Of a stretch of DNA of 64,000 bases, positions 13,440 through 26,694 are shown piece by piece. Position 1 is the stretch's first letter; the number at the start of each line of letters is the position of its first letter. The stretch covers positions 38,688,001-38,752,000 of the forward strand of contig OX597833.1 in assembly GCA_951406725.2 (NCBI GenBank). Direction: 5' to 3'. Origin of the DNA: Octopus vulgaris (taxonomy: Eukaryota). The notes beneath the pieces are model-generated. The model worked only from the letters and a program-made list of their open reading frames with translations. It was not told where the DNA came from and searched no databases. The translations under genes and the position numbers were made by a program.

Positions 13440-13790
13440 AGGTTAAGAATTACAAGAAAAGCTAAGCTCTCTGCTATTTCCAGAATATGGAGAGAGCTGA
13501 AGAACCCCCTCAGTGACTGTTATTTCTATTTCTTTGATATTATAAAGCCCAGAGAAGTTAATGGAAGGTACGCTCTTCAGTGACAAGGTTTAAAAGAGTG
13601 TATTTTAACGGGGGAAAATTACAGGACAACTGTAGACCAGAAAAAGTATGCATAATTAACAATTTATTTTCATGCTAGTGGAGATCTATGTTGTAAAGAT
13701 GTGAACGGTTTATTTACTACAGTTGGTCAAATGAAGACCAAATGGAATAATACCAATACTGCTGGGATAGTGCCATGATGCAGGACTATA
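13440..13790 (+). mobile_element. Fossil DNA-transposase fragment, Chapaev3-like (CMC superfamily)
   Basis: 13473-13526 translates AISRIWRELKNPLSDCYF (cf. FAIPxIWREPKNHxxDCYFC). ~13682 gives DLCCKDVNGLFTTVG. ~13742 onward resembles MEKRYQGxWxxxMxxDY. Internally deleted and frameshifted. Family assignment is from memory of the motifs. Confidence 0.6.
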
Positions 13791-13967
13791 CACAAAGAAA
13801 AATATATAGACATATATATACATGGCATATATATATATTGATCATTCATTTTTATACTTTTTGAGATCTAGTTATATGTTTTATAAAAATATATATTATT
13901 TGTTATTTATGTTTTGGGTTATGTCTATCACTGTTTGAGTTTCATAATAGTGGTTTTATCTCTAATT

Positions 13968-14020
<53 letters not shown>

Positions 14021-14644
14021 CCAATGAAGGGGAAAGTGGAACTGAGTAAAATTTTAGTGATATTTTTGCTGCTTTTTAATAAAGTATACACACACACACA
14101 CTCACACATATGGTCCATCATTCAAAAAGATGAAAGTATTCATAAAAGGGAAGTGCAATCTTCAAAGCACATTTAAAAGTTTTAAACTGTTTTATATTTT
14201 CTGAGTGCGACATAGAAAATGCTGAGCAAATTAAGCATGAAATTTATTCATTTTTTTTTCTTCAACATAGGAATAAAAACGAAGCCAACACCTAGTTCTC
14301 TAAATGAAGGATGCATTATAAAAATAATACAAAATTAAAATTATTTCCAAATATTATTGATGGCAGGGGGAAAAAAAATAATTTTTTTGAGTTCAGCATA
14401 ATAAAATACATATAAATAATAAAAATTCAGATAACAAAATTTGATACCATATATTGTTAATAATAATTAGAGAAGTGGACATTTTCATAGTAAGAATTCC
14501 CTGTGTTACTGTTGTTTAGCCTATGTCAGCCCAGATGCACAGATCCAGTAGATCTATGATCGAAAATATATCTGTAACTAATCCATCATTTAGAGGGTTT
14601 GATTTGAGGAAGGTTTGGTTGTGTGAAGGTCAAATAATCATCTA

Positions 14645-15018
14645 TTTTCTGCTATTTGTTTTAGTCCCTGAATGGTGACCTTTGAGGGGCACCACCTTGA
14701 AGGGTCTAGTTAAATGAATTGATCTGAGTACTTACTTTTCCAACTATGGCATTTATTCTATTGATCTCTTTTGTCAAACTGCTAAGTTAAAGTGATATAA
14801 ACCCACTAACACATATTGTTAAGTAATGGTGGGGAACGAACACATATATACACAAAGGGCTTCTTTGAGGGTCTGTCTACTAAATTCACTCACAATGCTT
14901 TGGTTGGCCTGGAGCTATAGCAGAAGACACAAACTCAAGGTGACTCACAGTGGGACTGAACCCCAAACCACACAGTTGGGAAGCAAGCTTCTTAACCACA
15001 AAGCCACACATGTGCCTA
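14645..15018 (-). mobile_element. SINE family A, diverged
   Basis: Colinear with 4801-5195. Confidence 0.75.
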
Positions 15019-15254
15019 ACCATGTAGAGGTTTCGTCAATCTCTACATAAATAATTAAACTGATATAAGACTTAATTAGGCCTTGCTGGTATACTAAGCA
15101 AAGAGGACATATAGATGAAACCAGGCTATGGACCCCAGTTCAATTAACATAAAATAATAAAACAGAAAATACTTCAAGATATGATGAAGTAGAGCATAAG
15201 GTACAGATCAATATTCTCAACATTGAAACTGACATTTGTTAAATATCTGCATAT

Positions 15255-15625
15255 CTTTTATTGTCTCAGTCATAGGGCTGTGGCCATGCTAGGGCACCAG
15301 CTCAAAGGATCTAATCAAACATCAACCTCAATACTGTTTTTTTTTTGGAAGTCTGGTACTTATTCAATTGGTCTCTTTGTCCAAACAGCTGTTATGGTGA
15401 TGTAAACAAAACATGGTTGCCAAGTGTTGGTAGTGTGTGTGGGAGAAACACAAATACAAAGACACACACACACTAGACTTTCACAGTTTCCATGCAATTC
15501 ATTTATAAGGCATTCATTGGCCCAGGGCTATTGTAGAAGATACTTGCCAAAGGTGCCACACAGTGGGACTGAACCTAAAACCATGTGGTTGTGAAGTGAG
15601 CTTTTTAACCCACACAACCATGCAT
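15255..15625 (-). mobile_element. SINE family A, diverged
   Basis: Colinear with 4801-5195. Confidence 0.75.
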
Positions 15626-16347
15626 GTAAAGAAGTTTACACAGATAGGTGTAATATGTGTACATTCTATAATGCAATGTAGCAATTTGCTAAGTTCTGAT
15701 CAACTTTTGAAGGACCACTTGAACATAGATTTGATACATTCATCAAGCTCAAACTCCTTATTGGTGATGGAGTTCATGAGGTTTTGCAGTTTGTAAAAAG
15801 TTTTCAAACCTTGTCTTTGAAAAGATGCTGCTATCAGAGAGCAAGTGATAGGTTTTGGTTTTCTCAACTTTGTAACAACTTCCTATATTTTTAAGTATTA
15901 ATTTCTACTTCAAACAGAAGATAGTGTACAAAACACATATTCAAGAGACCAGATTGATCTTAGCTTTGTTTTAATTAAAACATTTCCTTTGTTTTAATTA
16001 GTTTTGAAAATAATGTCATTAGTGCTTTGGGATATAAGTTAAGAAGAAATCTTGATAGGTTTTGATTTAGATCACTTCAACATTTTAGCATTCAGACATT
16101 CTGTCAAATGTAATGCTTAGCAATTCATATTGTTTTGAGTTAATCATATACTATACTATCGTGTAGCTTTTGAAGATGAGGTTGTTTATTTTTAGAATGA
16201 CACTGTAGGGTAGGTGTGAGAAGCTGCATCTGACCAGTTTCAACATAAATCAAGGTAGAATATTTGGGTTGGATACGGCCAGTTCAAATGCTAGTGGGTT
16301 AAAACAAGAAGTTTGAAACATAGACAGTCTAAGACAGGTGGGTGGGT

Positions 16348-16480
<133 letters not shown>

Positions 16481-17316
16481 TGAAACACAAGATAGAAGCA
16501 ATGAACACACTAGCAGTTACTGCAAATAAGTTTCTTCACAGTTAGGGACTGGATTTTACAAGTGATTACTAACAGAAATAGTTAGGAAAAGAAGAGATAC
16601 TTAAAAAGAATTCAAACTGCAACGTATGATACGAAGTTGCAAAACATGACATAGAGGAAAGATTACATTTACAGCACTATGGAGTATGGAACTACTGACC
16701 AGAAATAGATAGTATAACTATATGTTTGGCCATGTCCAGTCAAAATATTCTACCGGTTTTATATTCAGACCTTCCAGATCTGGCCCCTCACAACAACCCT
16801 ATGATGTTATTCTAATAATAATCAAACACATTGTCAAAATCTCAAAAGCTACAAGATAATGCATGATTAATTTAAAACGTTGTGAATAAATAAGTATTGT
16901 ATTTGACCAAGTAATCTGAATTCTAACAGTTTAAAGATCACACTGGCATTAAACATACACATACCTTTTAGGGAAAATTTTTTAAATGATTGAATAAACT
17001 TGGCTGTGATTAACAGGATTAAATCATGTTCAAGAGGTCTCACTTAAGATGATATACAATGAAAGTCTGATTGTTACTGCCTAAGACACTAGACAGCACT
17101 GAATATATATATGTATGTAAATGGATGAATGAATTATCCTTTGTTTACAATTAACATGGAAAATTCAATAAACAGTCACCAAGGTAGCAAAATTCACGCA
17201 AGTAACAAGGATGTAGCAACCTATTCAAAGGTAGAAACTCCAGGTTAATGTGCAGTGATTTGTATAGTATAAGTAAATAAATGGAGTTGAACGCAAATGT
17301 TATTCAAATTCTTTTA

Positions 17317-17402
17317 CCTTCGACATGTGTTTCGAAGACAAAATTGGTTTTATACCAAAGGAATAAACAGTGTAAAATAATGCAATCTTCTCATCAGGAA
17401 AG
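17317..17402 (-). ncRNA. Type I hammerhead ribozyme (minimal, Penelope/retrozyme type), intact catalytic core
   Basis: Minus strand: CUUUC | CUGAUGA | GAAGA-47 nt-UCUUC | GAAA-C-ACAU-G-UC | GAAGG. Stem I is 5 bp (one GU). Stem II is 5 bp with G10.1-C11.1. Stem III is 2 bp with palindrome ACAUGU. GUC cleavage triplet. Confidence 0.8.
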
Positions 17403-17445
17403 AATGAGAACCCATCTCAACAAGACATTATAACAATTTTGATGA

Positions 17446-17504
<59 letters not shown>

Positions 17505-17512
17505 ATTTTTTG

Positions 17513-17816
17513 GGAGGGCATTTTTTTTTTGCCAAATAAATGCTATACATTTGTTCTTCACTCATTCATTACTGTTCCTATTTTATTTTATGCCCATTGT
17601 CTGGAAAACTTTCATTACACATCTATGACCTCTTCAGTAACCTTTTCTGTTCTTTCTGTTTAGTCCATTCTTAGAGCTAGAGGATACAAGTCAGCAGAAA
17701 GAGTCACTGAACAGGTCATAAATGTGTGACGAAAGATTTCCAGACAATGGACATTAGTTAAAATAAGGACAGTAATAAATGCGTTTTATTTGGCAAAAAA
17801 AAAAAAATGACTATCC
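17513..17816. mobile_element. Long-TIR palindromic MITE / foldback
   Basis: 17513-17650 is an imperfect reverse complement of 17690-17816, e.g. CCATTGTCTGGAAA vs TTTCCAGACAATGG and TTGCCAAATAAA vs TTTATTTGGCAA. Confidence 0.85.
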
Positions 17817-17927
17817 TGAACTATAACAATATCTGTTTCAACACGCGGTTTCACATCAAGAATCTTGCAATACAAATTCATAAACATACACACATGCATA
17901 CATATGTATGTTTGTATACACACATAC

Positions 17928-17968
17928 CTTTCAACAAATTTGCTTGGAGGCAGTACTTCACTCTCCAT
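17928..17968 (-). CDS. Candidate ATG-containing exon end, MESEVLPPSKFVE(R/S), phase 2
   Basis: aagATGG start context, open frame to a consensus donor AAG|GTATGT, non-repetitive context. Confidence 0.3.
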
Positions 17969-18489
17969 CTTCAATTTCCTTTTCAAATGACTCTCACTAC
18001 CACCATCACCACCACCACCACCACCAAGACAATAACAACAGGGGAAATAATGCTGTTTAACAAATCAATGTATTAACATAGGTCAAGTGGTTCTGTTTGG
18101 GAATTGAGACTAAATCACAGATTCATTATAACATAGAATGAAAGCAAAAGCATTTTCTTTTTTTCGAAACCCTGTATCACTAATTTCTGAACTAAAAAAA
18201 AAAAAAAATTACACAAGCAAAATAATAACAAATGGGTTTTGTAATTCTCAAATTAGGAGACAATAAATATATTTTGTCAACAGAAATTACAATATATAAT
18301 TAGGTACAATGTTCATTATTTGTTCTGAAGTAGCACAATGGTGTAAATACGATAGCTGACCAAGTTAATCAGTTCTATGCAGGTTAACATATCAGTTTCA
18401 CAAGAATGAACAGAATATCGATATTAATTAATATAATAACAGGTGGTGGTGATAGCACTGGAGTATATATGAGGATGGCAGGGTTGAGG

Positions 18490-18537
<48 letters not shown>

Positions 18538-19736
18538 TATTGTGGCCTTGTGGCTATTTCAGAAACAATTGTACAGAATCAGTAGAAGGACAAAAAAACC
18601 AAAAGCAAAAAAGAAAATACTGTATTCTCAGTTGCAATGTTTTATATCTAGAGTTCAAATCCTGCTAGACTCTTATCTTGCTTTTAAATGATAAGGGTAT
18701 CATAATTAGTTAGAAGAATATATGAAACCACTAACTACACATATTTGTGCAAGTGCACATGCACATACAAACACTAGCAACTGCAAATGCAAGTGACATC
18801 TGAATGCTAAATGAAAAAAAAAAAACCCAACAAAAGACTTTTTTGTGGTCATATTCCTAAGGATATCAGCAAATGTGTAATTTAATTAACTCTTATATAA
18901 TCAAGAATGTGGAGAGACTAAGGAAAATAATTAAGATTTTAATTTCATTCAGATGGTGTTTGGAACAGAAAAGCTTCTGAATTAAAATTATGAAAGAATG
19001 CTAAAATATTCACCAAGAAATTTCATAACTTTTATGTTTCATCTACACTGTTTTATTCCCTAGCTGTAGGTTGGTGATGCCACTTGGAGGCAGTATTATG
19101 GGACAGAAAGGTGCCTCGCATTAGAAGAGAGACATGGCTTTCTCAGATGGAGAAGAGAGAGAGGAGAGAAAGATGATGAAGATGTGACAGAGGGGGGGGG
19201 GGGGTAGTCCCCCCTCCTCCCCCACCCAATTTACAGGGTGGTGTAAATAGTGGAGTGGTCCAGTGATATAGGTGGGTGAGCTGACAAGATTTCAGAGAAA
19301 CACATAAATGTGTGTGTGTGTGTGTATGTGTGTGTGTGTGCATGTATTAAGTACACAACAACTTAATAGTGTCTGTCAGTTAAATGTGATGATGTCTATC
19401 AGCATCAGTTAAACAAGAGAAAACAGATGCAAAGAGAGAAAACATAAATAGAAAATAGAAGAACAATACAAAACTTATTTTAGACTCATTTCTAAGTTAT
19501 CTTATACAAATGATCTTTCACCAGAGTTTATTGTGACTATTAATGAGAATGTTGATGATGATGATGATGATAGTTAATATTTATAAGGGTCAAATTGAAG
19601 AGGCAGAAATAATTAAAAAACAACAACAGCTCCCTCACTGACTCCAATAAAACAACAAGAAAATTAAAAAAAACCTAACAAAATCCAATAAAGGAACCCC
19701 CAAACCAGACCCACCCGCATCCTCCACCCCACTCAC

Positions 19737-19769
19737 CATCTGTTGTTTTGATAGCAATATATTATTCAT
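19737..19769 (-). CDS. Candidate first coding exon end, MNNILLSKQQM (or ATG only), phase 0
   Basis: ATG|GTGAGT consensus donor immediately followed by intronic G-runs. Confidence 0.35.
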
Positions 19770-20334
19770 AGAACACACACACAACTCCCATCACTGAATT
19801 TAATTTTTTTTTTTTTATTGTTCCTTATTATAGAGCATTAAACTGCATGTAATAAAGTCTGAGAATTAGTTAGCAGTATATTGTCTTTTATTCCATCTTT
19901 GTTTTTGCCTTTCCTCATTTTTTTTTCTCTGTAAATATCATCATCATTATTATTATAAGAATTTGATATTATTAATATTGCTGCTACTACTTCTACTACT
20001 ACTATGATAATAATAATAATTGTTATTATTTACAGTGCAAAACTATTGATTTCTTTTTTGATTGAGATCAATGTGAACAGATGGAGAGGAGAAAGTTTGT
20101 GGAGGAGGGGTGGAAAAATTTGCCAAACCACACACACACACATTTTATTGGTTTTTACTGCAATCCATCAATTCTTCTTTTACACACACACACACACTCT
20201 CTCATATTTTATGAAGTTCCATGAATTTCTCTTCAGCAATCAAACACACACAAACATATATTATATACATACATTTATACATACTCAAGACAGACATGCA
20301 TGTATACACACATACGCACTGACAGCCCACTCAC

Positions 20335-20401
20335 AAATTTTATTAGACTCAACTACTATCAATCAGAATGTCTTTTGCAATTCAAATAAACACAGAACTA
20401 A
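20335..20401 (-). other. Candidate non-coding (UTR/poison) exon, 67 nt
   Basis: Acceptor gtgttttttgtcctttccAG and donor GTGAGT. Stop codons in all three frames. Confidence 0.3.
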
Positions 20402-20611
20402 CTGGAAAGGACAAAAAACACAAATCCATTGACTTATTTTTTTTAGAGGTGGATCGTTTTTTCAATAGCTTTGTGTGTGTTTGATAATAAAAACCAAGAA
20501 AGAAATTCCCAAGTGTAAAGAATTTTACACACATGTATATGAAAGAATGTACTCCACCTCTCTCTCTCTCTCTCTTTCTGTATATCTGTGTATGCATCTA
20601 ATGTGTGTAAG

Positions 20612-20935
20612 GTTGGTGGTTAGAGCATTGGGGCTCATAATCATGAGGTAGTAAGTTCAATTCCTGGAGTGGGCTGTGTGTTATGTTCTTCAGCAAGACA
20701 CTTTATTTCATGTTGTTCCAGTTCACTCAGCTGTAGAAATGAGTTGTGGAATCAATGGTGCCAAGCTGTATCAGCCTTTTCCTTTTCCTTGGAGAACACC
20801 AGTGGAGTAAATAGGGGAGGATGGTATGCATGGGTGACTGCTGGTCTTCCACAAACAACCTTGCCTGGACATGTGCCTAGGAGGGTAACTTTCTAGGTGC
20901 AATCCCAAGGTCATTCATGACCAAAGGGGAATCTT
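20612..20935 (+). mobile_element. tRNA-derived SINE, family D
   Basis: Colinear with 47432-47770. B box AGTTCAATTCC. Confidence 0.8.
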
Positions 20936-20971
20936 TATCCTTACCCTAATGTGTGTGTGTGTGTGTATATA

Positions 20972-21310
20972 TAGGTGCAAGCGTTCTGGGTTCAGTCCCA
21001 CTGCATGGCACCTTGGGCAAGTGTCTTGTATTATAGTTTAAGGCTGACAAAAGCCTTGTGAGTTGTTTTGGTAGATGGAAACTGAAAGAAGCCCATCATA
21101 TATGTGTGTGTGTGTCCCTATGTATGTGTTTTTGTCCCCCATCACCACCTGACAACTGGAAGTGATTTGTTTACATTCCCTGTAACTTAGCGGTTGAGCA
21201 AAATACACCAATAGAATAAATACGAGGTTTTAAAAACTGTGGTCAATTTGTTAAACTAAACCTTTCAAGATGGTGCCCCAGTATGGCTGCAGTCCAATGA
21301 CTGTAACAAA
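20972..21310 (+). mobile_element. SINE family A (plus orientation, head partly deleted)
   Basis: GGGTTCAGTCCCACTGCATGGCACCTTGGGCAAGTGTC...CAGTATGGCTGCAGTCCAATGACTG. Confidence 0.8.
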
Positions 21311-21400
21311 ACATTATATATTTATATATATATATACGAAAAGTGATGTGACAGAAGAGATATTTATTCTATTATTTTACAGCTGATTCATAATCATGTT

Positions 21401-21432
<32 letters not shown>

Positions 21433-21676
21433 CTATTCTTATTATTCCAGTTCAGTTGGCTGTGGTCATGCGTGAATCCTCCTATCATTTTGGCAAACAA
21501 TTTTTAAACACCACTTTGAGAACAGAAGTGCTTTTTTATATCTTGACTGCCACCTGTCTACTATTCATTTTGCATACATACAAGATGAGAACATACAATG
21601 TTTTATATTTGCACATATATACATGCACAGCATTCTATATATTTCTCAATAACTTGTAGTAAACAAAATCCCTCTT

Positions 21677-21929
21677 CAGGGTTGGCAAAAGCGATGTGGT
21701 GGACAACGAAAAACCTGGCTGATGACAGTCAAGGTTGATCTGGAACCCAACCTAGGCCCCCATATCTACGGCGTTCGCCGCTGGAATAAGGAGTGGTTGG
21801 AGATCACGCGGTCGTTAGCCTCAAATCACCAGGTCTGGTCGGCATTTGTGAGAGATGCAGCATTGAGGATGAATGAAGCCAGCTCAACCCACCCTGGGTG
21901 AATGCTGTCTCAAGACAAGACAAGACAAG
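21677..21929 (+). mobile_element. 5'-truncated RTE-clade LINE with TSD
   Basis: Open frame 21680-21901: GWQKRCGGQRKTWLMTVKVDLEPNLGPHIYGVRRWNKEWLEITRSLASNHQVWSAFVRDAA...PG*. (CAAGA)4 tail. TSD AAAATCCCTCTT at 21665-21676 and 21930-21941. Confidence 0.92.
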
Positions 21930-24900
21930 AAAATCCCTCTTAACATCTAGCATAACAGACTGATATGACTTGGACAGCTTAGTGGATTCAACTGCTGAGA
22001 GTTACATGGTTTGACCACAGAGATACATTGCCATAATGGTGATTTGATAAGAATAGCTGACTTTTCAGGTGTTTGTCTATAACCCTACTAAATGAGCCAT
22101 CTACACGAACAGTGTTGCAATAGTCGTTGTCTCTTCTATATACATCAGTCAATGCTTCTCATTCACAACTGACCAATCTGAGTTAATCATAAACTTACAA
22201 ACATTCAACAGGCTGTATCTCTCAGCAAATTTCATTCACAGATGTCTCCTTGTTGACCTTCTCAGAAGCATCGTAACAACATTATACATACATCTCATAA
22301 TTTAGTCACATACCCACAACCGTTCGTCCCTTAATCACAATTTATCCTGACTAACCCTTACCTAGATTACATCACAATGTGAACTCAAATTCCTCCTTGG
22401 CACTCACTCTTTCACCTTCATTGCCACACTTATAGCAGCTGAAACTCTTTATCTTTAAACTTCTTGCTTGTTTAACATTTTCCCATTTCCTCCCTTCAAC
22501 GCTTTGTACTTTCTTCCTCTATCTTACCCCTCTCACCTGCACCCTCTACCTTGGTCATATTAACTTCCACTTTAAGAAAAGAAGTAAGCCATTTAGGAGA
22601 CCAGTTCTCTTCCATATAAAATCAATATGCGATGAATGGAGATACTGAATCAAGAAAGTCTGCTTTGGTCATACACACCTGGTCCATCCTCCACTAGTTG
22701 TTGGATAGACATTGTAAAATTCCATCCGAAGCCATCACAATTTCAAAAGTAATCAAAGTAAACTATTTTTTCATCATAGTTTCATTCACTTCCGTCAATA
22801 TAATCATGAAACCACTGCTGTCACCACCACCAGCACCACTAATATTACATTTATTATTGTATACAGAGCCACCGAATAATATGGCCGACACCAGAAAAAC
22901 TTTCTTTTCACTGATGTAGTTAAATTTGATTGTTTGAAAGCATATGAAGAGAATTGGCAGTGTGAGTAACAATAAAACCACTGGATATGCTATATATATA
23001 TATATATATAAATTACATATACATACATATATATATATATACGCACACACATACATACATGCATGCATGCATACATACATACATACATAATATGTGTATA
23101 CTTTCAGGTCATCCGGGTTTTATGCACACCTATATTGACCAATGGAATTTCTACTAACACAGGACAGCTATGACTAATAAGGGAGTGCTGTGTGATGTGA
23201 TGTAACACGTTACACAGAAGATAGGGGTAAGAATTAAACCTGCAAAGATGCTTTAACTATAAGGGTGACAACATCACCTATAAATCTAACTATGTGTTTT
23301 ACAATTCATGATCCATTTTTGCAATGCAATGCTGCCAACATATCACATTTTACAATGTACTCTCACATATATTTCACATTTCATGATATGCAACTGCATA
23401 TATCTCATATCTCATGACATACTATCATCGATATTTGACATAATGCACTACTGTGAATATATTTTGTGATGAACTGCCCAGTGTACATACCATAAATCCG
23501 GAAATAGTGAATCCACACACATTACATAAAGCAAGTTGTGACATTCCTGCCACACAGAAAGACATCTAATTGATTTAGATGCAGAACATAACTTATCAAG
23601 AGATGATACTGCTCACATGCAAAAGAATGAAAGAAAGCAGTGTCACATTGGAATAATAAACAAATGTGACTTGGAACTGTAGACTCCATCTAGGAAATGT
23701 CACACACACATACACACACACACAATAAATATACAGTTTCATATCTTATGATAAGAAACCAATTAAGAATGTGTCCCCATTGGAGCAGAGTAACAGGATA
23801 TCATTTAATTTGTAGAGTTTGGCCAAAGTATCTAATTAGTACTGGGGATAGAGAAGTTGTAATGGTAATGGAGGTGGTGGTGGTGGTAGGTGTATCCCAT
23901 GGAGGTATCAGTTGTGAGGGGAGAGGAAAGAGATTGAAATAGATAGAGAGGTAAAGGAAAATGGGATATAAGAGAGAGAGAGAGGGAGGGAAACACCAGA
24001 TGAAGAAAGGTGAGAGGGAAGTAGTAGTGGCAGTAGTTGTAGTTAGAGGAGGGGGATTTGGAGGTGGGTTGAAATGGAAGGGTTGGAAGAGACATTGATG
24101 TATGAGGAAAAAGGGTCAGAGGAGAGCAGAAGTGGGGAAGATATAAAAGTTTGGGGGGGGATGTGAAGTGCTGAGATGAAGGTGGACAGAGGAGAGTTTA
24201 GAGGACAGAATAATGTTAAATGATGTAAAGAGAATCACTGCATTTTTGATTAATATCTAGTGCATGTGAGTAGGTGGGTGGTGGGTGGGGTGGATGAAAG
24301 ATCTCTTTAGAAACCTTAATGTCTAAACTGTGCCTTTTAATGGTTATTGGCTCTCTGAATGGACCATAAAAAATAAGGTTTGTGGAGAGAGAGATTTGAA
24401 GTTGTCGACTGTAAGGTGCAGGGGTATAAAAGTGTCTGCGTGAGTGGGGAATGTTTAGGATGCACACAGCTGCAAGATATGTGAATTCATGTGTGTGTGA
24501 GTGAAACTGTTTCTTCATAAATAGTTGGAAAAGATTATATTAATTTAAATGTACATATTTCTCGACAATAAATTACTGTAAGTTTAATAAAAAAAAGAAA
24601 AAAAAAAGAACTACCCGATAACCTTTGATCAACCCAGACACCTTAAGTATTAGGATAGCTACCCAAGTGTTTAAGAAAAATGCAAACTTTTTGATCCAGT
24701 ATTCTGGATGTGCACATGTAAAATTGACCTATGCTAGCATGGAAAATGGATGTTAAAGGATGATGATGATGATATGCCAGTTTGGGATAAGTTCTCAAAC
24801 ACAATGTTTCAGGTTCAGTCTCAATACCTGGTAACTTGGAGCAAGTGTCTGCAAAAGCTCTAGGCCAGCCAAATCCTTGTGAATGGATTTGGTAGACCAA

Positions 24901-26694
24901 AACTGAAGAAACTATGTCATGTGTATATAAATGTGTGTGTGTTCTGACATCATCTGATGGTTGCAAATTGTCTTACAAATGAATATTTCCTTCATAACCA
25001 GACGTCTTCCATTGCAAAAAAAAAAAAAAAAAAAACTTGTCTGGCTCTGGGGAGATATTATTACCTTGCCTGGAAACAGGTGAGAGTTGGCAAAAAGGAA
25101 GGTCATCCAAGCAGAAAATCTGCCTCAAAAATAAATCCTGTCTGATACATGCAAGTATGGAAAAGTGGATATTAAATAATAATGATGATGATGATGATGA
25201 TGATGATGATGTGTGCGAGCATGCATGTGTGTTTCCCCCATGTTCACTGGTTTGTAAACAATAACTTCCTGCCAGTATCATTGGCTGGCAGCCCACCATA
25301 AATGGACATCTGATCTTCCTGGCATGTCTTGACATGGTCTGTAATCTTTGTAAACAAAAGGCTCCTTAAATGGAGTTTTTTTTGTTTCCAGTTCTGTGCA
25401 TAAAACATGTCCAGGAAGTTAGCTGTTCAACAAACTGAGAGATTATCACCTCACCTGGAAACAAGTGGATGTTGGTGACAGGAAGGGCATCCAGCTGTAG
25501 AAAAATTCTGTTGCAATACAATCTCATTTGATCCATGCAAGCAAGTACAGAACTAGACATTAAAAGTATGAAATATTGTATCAAAATTATATCAATACTA
25601 TCATTGGTTGTAGTTTTTCAATGGATTGATTATTAGTCCACTACATGGTGGAAGTGACACAAAGGTGTATCTATGCATCTCAGTACAGAACAAAATATCT
25701 CAGGGAATCTCATTTGAAGAACAATTTTTTTTTAGAAGTTTTGAATGTGTATTGTACGATACAGACAAGAAAGTGATATTTCGAATGCAGTATCATTAGA
25801 ACAACAGAAAAAAAATTAAGTATTATTACCCTTACAAGGTGGAAAAAATTGTCAACAAACAACCATGGGAGATGAACCCACATCCTCCAAGACACCAGTT
25901 GAGTGCTTTACCATTAAGCTAAACTGTCAAAGCATATTTTTATAAGTCCATACATATACAATCTAAAAGCTGATATTGTATTTTAAGCTATATATGATTT
26001 TCAAAAGCTCCCAACATCTTTCAGTATTAAATGGAAAATGCTATCTTGGGCAGAACCTACACAATAAAAAGCTATGTCAACACAGCAATTTCGAATCATG
26101 AAATTCTATTTCTAACCTTGCATTATTTAATTAGTTTTGTCTTGCAAACATTGAGACTTTTGAACTTCAAAATACTTGAAACATATTATAGTTCCTAATA
26201 AGTAATGTTATACTTTACAGACATTCAAACTTTCTAGTACATAAGTATGTTTTTTAACTAAAAAAAAACAAAAAAACTTCAACATAAACTTAATTTTCAT
26301 AACAAAATAAACTCAGATATTTTACTATAATAGAGTTGCAATTTTTATTACTCACAACTCCCTGTTAAACCTTCTTTCTATTGATTAGACCTATTTACCC
26401 AAACACTAAGTTTCACAATCCTGTTTGAGTATACTTGCTCATATAAATATTTTTTATAATTTCCCCTTAACATAATTTATTAACTATTTTTCAAAACACA
26501 CACACACACACAATGAGCAACATTCAGTTTCCCTCTACCAAATTCACAATTTACTCACAAAGCATCAGTTGACCAGGGATTATGATAAAGGACACTTGTC
26601 TAAGGAGCTATGGGACTGAACCTGAGATCATATGGTCAGGAAGCAAGCTTCTTAGCGACATATCCATATTTGCCTCCTCTCTCTCTCTCTCTCT

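Noticed and set aside
21960-22680. Possible Penelope ORF-end fossil (also 29560-30480)
   Set aside because: Only vague compositional resemblance; no motif I can support.
26355-26360. 6-nt minus-strand microexon (CAG|GGAGTT|GTGAGT)
   Set aside because: Upstream sequence is purine-rich, with no pyrimidine tract.
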